The position numbers and the translations under genes are program-made. Positions 18,262 to 24,285 of a DNA stretch of 24,285 nucleotides are shown here, one piece after another. The notes beneath the pieces are model-generated. The model made no database searches and was not told where the DNA came from. It was given only the letters and a program-made list of their open reading frames with translations. The first letter of the stretch is position 1; every line of letters starts with the position of its first letter. The DNA comes from Chitinophagaceae bacterium (GTDB lineage: Bacteria > Bacteroidota > Bacteroidia > Chitinophagales > Chitinophagaceae): the NCBI GenBank assembly GCA_030151745.1, contig JASLDA010000305.1, positions 1-24,285 on the forward strand, written 5' to 3'.

Positions 18262-21200
18262 ATGAACAGACAATTATGCAGAAAACTGCTGGCTGCGCTG
18301 ACGCTGGCTTCGCTCGGCATCCCCTCCGGCGCCCAGATCACGCTTCAGCAGGACTTCAAAAACTACAGCTCGGTGCCGATCGGCACATACCAGGGCATCA
18401 ACTTCAGGGAAGGCGGCTTCTCAGGACTGTACCCGATCCAGGGTACGAACGGGAAAGAGTTCTGGGTGATCTCCGACCGCGGCGTCAATATCGACGGCGC
18501 GAATGCGAATCCGGCGGGCTGTCACCCCACCTACGACAAAATCTTCGTTTTCCCCGGCTACGCGCCGAAGATCCACCGCATCCGCCTGAACGGGGACAGC
18601 GTGCAGATCCTGCGCACGATCACGATGAAGCGGCCGGACAAGACAGACGCGACGGGCGTGCTCAGCCCGACCGGCTTCGGCAGTACCGCGGCGGAGCTGG
18701 CGAGCACCGATACCGTCAAGGATTGCCTCAACTTCAATTCCAAGGTCGCAGCCAAGGATATATGGTCGATTGACGCAGAGGCTATCGTCGTAGACAAGGA
18801 CGGCTATTTCTGGATCTCCGAGGAGAACGGTCCGACCGTTTGGAAGCTCGATCCCAACGGGGTCGTCGTAAAGCGCTATACGCCGTATGCAAACCTGGCC
18901 GGCGCCCAGCCCCAGGATGTCCAGATCGATACGGTATTCAAATACCGCAAGAACAACCGCGGCTTCGAGAACCTGACGATTACGCCGAGCGGCAAGCTTT
19001 ACGCTGTCATTCAAAGCCCTATCCTGTATCCGAACAAGGCCATCGGCGAAGCTTCCCGCATACACCGTATCCTGGAGATAAACCCCGCTACGGGCGCCAT
19101 GCGCATGCTGGCCTATGTCAATGACGGCACGATCGGCGCTTCCGGCGCCAACCAGATCCGGAACAGCGACTGGAAGCTGGGCGATATCGCAGCCATCAAC
19201 GATTCGACCTTCCTCGTCCTGGAAGCGGCTGCCCGCGGTACCTCCGACTATAAGCGGATGTATATGATCAATATCAACGGCGCTACGGCAGTGACTTCCG
19301 GCCTTTATGCCGGCAATACGCTGGAGGGCCTGGCAGACTCTGCCGGCATGGCCGCGCAGGGCATCGTCCCGGTGAAGAAGACCCTGTTCATGGACCTGCT
19401 GGCCAATGGCTGGCCCAGCTCCCTGGACAAGGCCGAAGGTCTCGCCATCGTCAACGACAGCACGATCTTCATCACCAATGACAACGACTTCGGCCAGGTT
19501 TCCCCGAATGCGGACGGCATTGCCACCGCCACAGGCACCCTGAGCCACGTGATCCGCTACGGCCTGCAGGGCGCTAACAAGCTGCGCAACTTCAGCCAGA
19601 TCTCACAAACGTTTTCCGCCGGTATCACGGGACCATCCACCTCGACGGGCCCCTACCTCGTACCGGTGCGCCAGGGTGTGCAGTTCACCTCGATCCTCAC
19701 CGCAGGAGATATGATCGGCGGCTATAAGTTCGTCGGCACGCCGGACGGCCTGGGTGCCTTCGACAACAATGACGGCACCTTCACGCTCCTGATCAACCAC
19801 GAATTCCAGACAAACCAGGGCGCCGTTCACGCATACGGCGCAAACGGCGCGTTCGTCTCCAAATGGATCATCAGGAAGAGCGACCTGACCGCGCTCAAAG
19901 GCAGCGACCTGGATACGCAGGTCAAGCTCTGGAACCCGGTTACATCCAGCTATGTGACCTATAACAAGAACTTCCTGGCGCCCAACAGCCGCCTGAACTT
20001 CGGCCGGCATTGCTCCGCGGATCTTCCCGCTGTCACTGCCTTTTACAATCCGAAGACCGGCAGGGGCACCCAGTCGCGCATCTTCATGAACGGCGAAGAG
20101 ACCGGAGATGAAGGTCGCGGTATGGCTCATATCGTAACCGGCCCCGAAGCGGGTACCAGCTACGAAATCCCCCGCATGGGCAAGTTCAGCTACGAGAACG
20201 CCGTGGCCTGCCCGCGCATCAGCGATACCACGATCGTGGCCGGCCTGGACGATGCCGGCGGCGGCCAGGTGTACTTCTACATGGGTACCAAGCAGCGCAG
20301 CGGTAACGAGATCGAAAAAGCCGGTCTGACCAACGGCTCCCTCTGGAGCTTTATGGTAAACGGCACGCTCTACACGGAAGGCAATACCAATATGCCGGCT
20401 CCGAATACGCCGTTCAGCATGGTTAATCTCGGCAATGTCGAGAACATGACCGGCGCCACGCTGAATACCAATTCCGATATCAACGGCATCGCCAAGTTCC
20501 TCCGGCCCGAAGACGGGGCATGGGATCCGCAGCATCCCGGCGACTTCTATTTCAACACGACCAACTCGGTGGGAAGCCCGAGCCGTACCTGGCGCCTGCG
20601 CTTCAGCGACCCGGGCAATATCACCAAGGGCGGCACCATCACCGCCGTGCTCGACGGCACCGAAGGTCAGCAGATGCTGGATAACATGTGCATCGATAAC
20701 GGCAACCACATCATCCTGGTGGAGGATGTCGGCAACAACGTGCACCTCGGCAAGCTGTGGCAGTACAATATCGACAACGACAGCCTGATCCAGCTCGGGG
20801 TGCATGAAAGCACCCGCTTCCTGAACGGGAGTGCAAACTTCATTACCCAGGACGAGGAAGCTTCAGGACAGATCGACGCCCAGTCTATCCTCGGCCCCGG
20901 CATGTTCCTCATCGTCGTCCAGGCGCACAACCCCGTGAACGGGGACCAGGTAGAAGGCGGCCAGCTGCTGAGCTTCTACAACCCCGCGACAGCCATGTCC
21001 AACCCGGAAGTGAACCTCAAGGGGAACAACGTTTCCATCGTCAACAACGACATGACTCCGTCGCTTGCCGACAGCACCGATTTCGGTATCGTCAACCGCG
21101 GAAGCTCCGTTATCCGCAACTACGTGATCGAGAATGCGGGGCCGGGCACGCTCAACGTACGCGAGCTGACGATCGACGGCGCGAACGCTTCATCCTTCAG

Positions 21201-22023
21201 CGTCGTAGGCGCCCCGGCCATGTCGTTCGCGATCAATGCCGGCGGGAACCGGACGATCCAGGTTCGCTTCGCCCCGACCGTCGACAGCGTGCGCAATGCA
21301 AGCCTGAATTTCGTGAGCAACGATCTTGACGAAGAGTACTACACAGTCGCGCTGCGCGGCCAGGGCGCTTCTCCGGAGATCAATATCACGGGCAACGGCC
21401 AGAGCATCAGCAACGGCGACCTGACGCCGGGCACGTCGAACAACACGGAGTTCGGCCTTGTTAATATCGGTACTACGCTGAGCAAGTCCTTCGTGATCCA
21501 GAACACCGGCCTCGGAGTCCTGAGGATCGACAGCATAAGCTTCAGCGGCGTAAATGCCGGCGAGTTCAGCGCCGGCGGCGTCGCATTCCCGCTGACGATC
21601 GCCGCCAGCAGCAGCCAGACGATCAATGTGCAGTTTGCACCCCAGGCCGGCGGCATCCGTACTGCGAACATGACGGCCTTCAACAATGACGACGACGAGG
21701 CAAGCTACATGTTCGCGCTGCAGGGCCGCGGTATTGAGCGCGTGGGCGTGAGCAATGTCAACTCCAGCAGTATCGTAAAGCTCTTCCCGAATCCGACAGG
21801 AGGCAATGCGAGCATCGCGATGAGCCTGAAGAAGGAAGACCGCATCATCGTCAACGTGCTGAACCTGGAGGGCAAGCAGGTGATCCGCCCGATAGACCAT
21901 CGCTATAACGCCGGAGATCAGACCATCAGCCTGCCGACTGCAGAGCTGCCTAACGGCACTTACTTTGTCGAGGTGGCCACCGGCACGCAGACCCTGCGCA
22001 TGCAGCTGGTCGTACTCCATTAA
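18262..22023 (+). CDS. T9SS-secreted multidomain protein: phytase-like esterase propeller + PhoX-like phosphatase + 2 choice-of-anchor-D/ASH-like Ig domains + type A CTD (1253 aa)
   Basis: Signal MNRQLCRKLLAALTLASLGIPSGA|Q. Phytase-like motifs GGFSGL, SDRG, DAEAI, SEENGP, NRGFE, QSP, DKAEGL, NDNDFG (~18334-19570). PhoX-like motifs PDG, NHE, RHCSA, NGEE, GKFSYENA, RPEDG, LDN, VED, EASG, VQAH (~19620-20985). Ig repeats start at 21004 and 21373. CTD: KLFPNP...LPNGTYFV...MQLVVLH. Confidence 0.85.
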   Translation: MNRQLCRKLLAALTLASLGIPSGAQITLQQDFKNYSSVPIGTYQGINFREGGFSGLYPIQGTNGKEFWVISDRGVNIDGANANPAGCHPTYDKIFVFPGYAPKIHRIRLNGDSVQILRTITMKRPDKTDATGVLSPTGFGSTAAELASTDTVKDCLNFNSKVAAKDIWSIDAEAIVVDKDGYFWISEENGPTVWKLDPNGVVVKRYTPYANLAGAQPQDVQIDTVFKYRKNNRGFENLTITPSGKLYAVIQSPILYPNKAIGEASRIHRILEINPATGAMRMLAYVNDGTIGASGANQIRNSDWKLGDIAAINDSTFLVLEAAARGTSDYKRMYMININGATAVTSGLYAGNTLEGLADSAGMAAQGIVPVKKTLFMDLLANGWPSSLDKAEGLAIVNDSTIFITNDNDFGQVSPNADGIATATGTLSHVIRYGLQGANKLRNFSQISQTFSAGITGPSTSTGPYLVPVRQGVQFTSILTAGDMIGGYKFVGTPDGLGAFDNNDGTFTLLINHEFQTNQGAVHAYGANGAFVSKWIIRKSDLTALKGSDLDTQVKLWNPVTSSYVTYNKNFLAPNSRLNFGRHCSADLPAVTAFYNPKTGRGTQSRIFMNGEETGDEGRGMAHIVTGPEAGTSYEIPRMGKFSYENAVACPRISDTTIVAGLDDAGGGQVYFYMGTKQRSGNEIEKAGLTNGSLWSFMVNGTLYTEGNTNMPAPNTPFSMVNLGNVENMTGATLNTNSDINGIAKFLRPEDGAWDPQHPGDFYFNTTNSVGSPSRTWRLRFSDPGNITKGGTITAVLDGTEGQQMLDNMCIDNGNHIILVEDVGNNVHLGKLWQYNIDNDSLIQLGVHESTRFLNGSANFITQDEEASGQIDAQSILGPGMFLIVVQAHNPVNGDQVEGGQLLSFYNPATAMSNPEVNLKGNNVSIVNNDMTPSLADSTDFGIVNRGSSVIRNYVIENAGPGTLNVRELTIDGANASSFSVVGAPAMSFAINAGGNRTIQVRFAPTVDSVRNASLNFVSNDLDEEYYTVALRGQGASPEINITGNGQSISNGDLTPGTSNNTEFGLVNIGTTLSKSFVIQNTGLGVLRIDSISFSGVNAGEFSAGGVAFPLTIAASSSQTINVQFAPQAGGIRTANMTAFNNDDDEASYMFALQGRGIERVGVSNVNSSSIVKLFPNPTGGNASIAMSLKKEDRIIVNVLNLEGKQVIRPIDHRYNAGDQTISLPTAELPNGTYFVEVATGTQTLRMQLVVLH
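21004..21732 (+). repeat. Two ~123-aa internal Ig-like domain repeats
   Basis: PEVNLKGNNVSIVNNDMTPS..TDFG..IENAG.G.L...VRFAP...ND.DE..Y..ALRGQG versus PEINITGNGQSISNGDLTPG..TEFG..IQNTG.G.L...VQFAP...ND.DE..Y..ALQGRG; offset 369 bp. Confidence 0.85.
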
Positions 22024-22043
22024 TTCCTGTACCGGGACAGATT

Positions 22044-22088
22044 CCTTTAGTCCCCGGGGACGGATTTTCCGTTTCCCGGGGACTAAGG
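22044..22088 (+). terminator. Long GC-rich intergenic hairpin without a U-tract (attenuator or mRNA-stabilising stem)
   Basis: TTAGTCCCCGGG (22047-22058) / CCCGGGGACTAA (22075-22086), extended inward by GACGGA/TCCGTT. Confidence 0.55.
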
Positions 22089-22136
22089 ATTCTCCGTTTA
22101 AAGCAATCCAAAGGATATCGCCGATCCGTTGCGTAT

Positions 22137-24065
22137 ATGAAAGGGAAGCTGCTTCTAATCGTCTTATTGCCGGGCCTGATGATCTGCTGTCTTGCGTTTA
22201 TGGACAGCAGCGATCCGGGGCGCTATGCGGCCGGGTATCGGGAGCGGTTGGGATTGGCCGCCGCGGCAAACGCCCGGCTGCTGCGCCTTGCCGGGCAATG
22301 CGACCTGGCGGACTCCGCAAGCCGGGAAAGTCTGCGGGCCGGGATCCATGCCGCGCGCCGCTGCATAAAGGCTATCGATATCTGGACCCGCTACCTGGAT
22401 CCGGTCGCCTATAAGTCGCTGAACGGACCCCTTCCGGTGGAATGGGAAACCGAGGTCTTCGAAAAGTTCGAAAAGCCCTACCGGCGCCTGGGCGGAGGGC
22501 TCAGCCTTGCCGAGCTCGAGCTTGGCGAGGAGCAGCCCCGCAGGGATTCGCTGCTCGCATACCTGCGCCGCTCCGACAGCGCGCTTTCCAGCTACTACCT
22601 GCGCGATACGCTTACGCGCGAGCTGGCGGACTATCATCATTTCCTGCTGTGCAACCGGCTCTACCTGCTGAACCTCGCTGCCATCTACACGACCGGGTTC
22701 GAGTGCCCTGATACCTCGGCTGTGATCCCGGAGCTCCGCGCCATGCTGAGCGACACCCGGGAAATCTACCGGCTTTACAACGGTTCCTTCCCGGATGCCG
22801 CGCTAAGCGCCGCATACCTGCGGCTTTACGACAGCGCGATAGCCTTTGTGCAGCATCAGCCCGACCATTATACCGCTTTCGATCATTTCAGCTTCATCCG
22901 GGACTTTATCAACCCGCTGTACCGGATGAATGCCGGGATGATCCGCGAGTATCGCGTCGTTTCTCACAATCTCGGCGATTTCGCGCTGAACAAGAATGCC
23001 GACGATATTTTCAGCAAGGAGCTCTATCGCGGCCAGAATGCCAAAGGAATTTATCTGCGCGTCAGGGACTCTGCCGCGCTTGCCTCGATCGCCGGGTTGG
23101 GGCAGCTCCTGTTCTTTGACCCGATATTGTCGGGGAATAACCAGCGCAGCTGCGCGTCCTGTCATAAGCCCGGCGAAGCGTTCGCCGACACGCTGCTGGC
23201 GGCCTCGCTGCGCTTCGATCGCGGGGGCTTGCTCCCGCGCAATACGCCGAGCCTGATCGACGCGGAGTTCAACCACCTGCTGATGACGGACGGTAAGCAC
23301 TTTACGCTGCAGCACCAGGCTGCCGGGGTGATCAGCAGCGACTCGGAAATGGGTGGGGACGAAGCCGCCGTGCTGCGGAAGATTGCCAGCTGCAAAATAT
23401 ATCGCGACGGCTTCGGCGCGCTCATGAAATATACGCCCCAAAGCCCGGAGCTGAGCATGGAGCATATAGCTTCCGCCATCACATACTATTACTGCGGCTT
23501 CAGCAAGGGGCATGCTCCCTTCGACGACGCGTTACTCGGGAGGCGGCCTATGGACGGGCAGGCCATTGCGGGCTTCAACCTCTTCATGGGCCGGGCCCAG
23601 TGCGGGACCTGCCATTTCGTGCCGCAGTTCAACGGTGTGAAGCCGCCCTACGTAAGCTCGGAGTTCGAAGTCCTGGGCGTGCCTGCCGACACTGCCTTTC
23701 ACCGCCTGAGCCCGGATTCCGGCCGTGCCGGCATCAATCCTGCGCCGGAAATGCTGCATGCATTTCGCACCGGCACCGTCCGGAATGCGATGCGCACCGC
23801 ACCGTATATGCACAACGGCGTATTCCGCAGCATGGATGAGGTGCTGGAGTTCTATAACCGCGGCGGCGGGGCGGGCAGGGGACTGGAGGTGCCCAATCAG
23901 ACGCTGAGCGCGGACCGGCTTGGGCTGAGCCCGGCGGAGAAAGAGCAGCTGAAGGCATTTATCCGCAGCCTGGACGAGCCCTTGCCGGTGATAAGGCTCC
24001 CGGAGCGGCTTCCGCGTTCCAGCTTAAGCGTATTGAACAAGCGTAAAGTCGGCGGCATTTATTGA
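22137..24065 (+). CDS. Di-heme cytochrome c peroxidase/MauG superfamily protein with a ~300-aa N-terminal helical extension
   Basis: N-terminal signal/anchor; LGQLLFFDPILSGNNQRSCASCH (heme 1, 23151-23165), RNTPSL, GFNLFMGRAQCGTCH (heme 2, 23601-23615), VRNAMRTAPYMHNG, VLEFYNRGGG. Confidence 0.92.
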   Translation: MKGKLLLIVLLPGLMICCLAFMDSSDPGRYAAGYRERLGLAAAANARLLRLAGQCDLADSASRESLRAGIHAARRCIKAIDIWTRYLDPVAYKSLNGPLPVEWETEVFEKFEKPYRRLGGGLSLAELELGEEQPRRDSLLAYLRRSDSALSSYYLRDTLTRELADYHHFLLCNRLYLLNLAAIYTTGFECPDTSAVIPELRAMLSDTREIYRLYNGSFPDAALSAAYLRLYDSAIAFVQHQPDHYTAFDHFSFIRDFINPLYRMNAGMIREYRVVSHNLGDFALNKNADDIFSKELYRGQNAKGIYLRVRDSAALASIAGLGQLLFFDPILSGNNQRSCASCHKPGEAFADTLLAASLRFDRGGLLPRNTPSLIDAEFNHLLMTDGKHFTLQHQAAGVISSDSEMGGDEAAVLRKIASCKIYRDGFGALMKYTPQSPELSMEHIASAITYYYCGFSKGHAPFDDALLGRRPMDGQAIAGFNLFMGRAQCGTCHFVPQFNGVKPPYVSSEFEVLGVPADTAFHRLSPDSGRAGINPAPEMLHAFRTGTVRNAMRTAPYMHNGVFRSMDEVLEFYNRGGGAGRGLEVPNQTLSADRLGLSPAEKEQLKAFIRSLDEPLPVIRLPERLPRSSLSVLNKRKVGGIY

Positions 24066-24083
24066 AACCCGAAAAGAAATTCC

Positions 24084-24285
24084 ATGAAGATTGCAACCAT
24101 GACCGGCATGCTGGCGACGATGGCTATATCCCTCCTGATCGTCCAGGGAACATCCGCATTGCCGGGAAAAAAAGCGCCGCAGAAAATTCCCTACGTATTT
24201 CCCGATGCCATGTCGGAACCGATCCGCGCTGAGTTCACCCGGCAATGCGACAAGGGGCAGGCACTCTATATTCTGACCTGCGCCA
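24084..24285 (+). CDS. Probable small exported cytochrome c (runs off the window)
   Basis: Absent from the ORF track. Hand translation MKIATMTGMLATMAISLLIVQGTSALPGKKAPQKIPYVFPDAMSEPIRAEFTRQCDKGQALYILTCA.. has a signal peptide and the G-x-x-L-Y-x-x-x-C-A pattern that typically leads into CxxCH. The second Cys and the His would lie beyond the window. Confidence 0.6.
   Translation, partial: MKIATMTGMLATMAISLLIVQGTSALPGKKAPQKIPYVFPDAMSEPIRAEFTRQCDKGQALYILTCA

Overview
GC-rich Bacteroidota chromosomal segment, probably Chitinophagaceae-like. The assignment is inferred from a T9SS C-terminal domain, TAnnTTYG -7 promoter motifs, an archaeal/eukaryal-type ProS and a stand-alone sucD. Bases 1-18.1 kb are mostly housekeeping: a FadL/OmpP1-like barrel (cut by the window edge), an exported low-complexity protein, proS, an acyl-CoA ligase, an ABC ATPase plus permease, a phenylacetate-CoA-ligase-like enzyme, guaB, an acyltransferase-3, a CoA-binding protein, a BlaI/M56 pair, sucD, anmK and a Cys-rich lipoprotein. 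The last 6 kb is the best candidate for an undescribed system. An 11-bp-periodic Pho-box-like array precedes a T9SS-secreted phytase-like + PhoX-like fusion protein. That gene is followed by a di-heme MauG/BthA-type enzyme (Tyr at the distal-ligand position, inter-heme Trp replaced by Thr, long helical N-terminal domain) and a probable small cytochrome c. Two intergenic regions also carry the same element of inverted ~10-bp GTTGGA tandem arrays. No rRNA, tRNA, CRISPR array or transposase was seen. All family calls come from motif reading by eye, not database searches.
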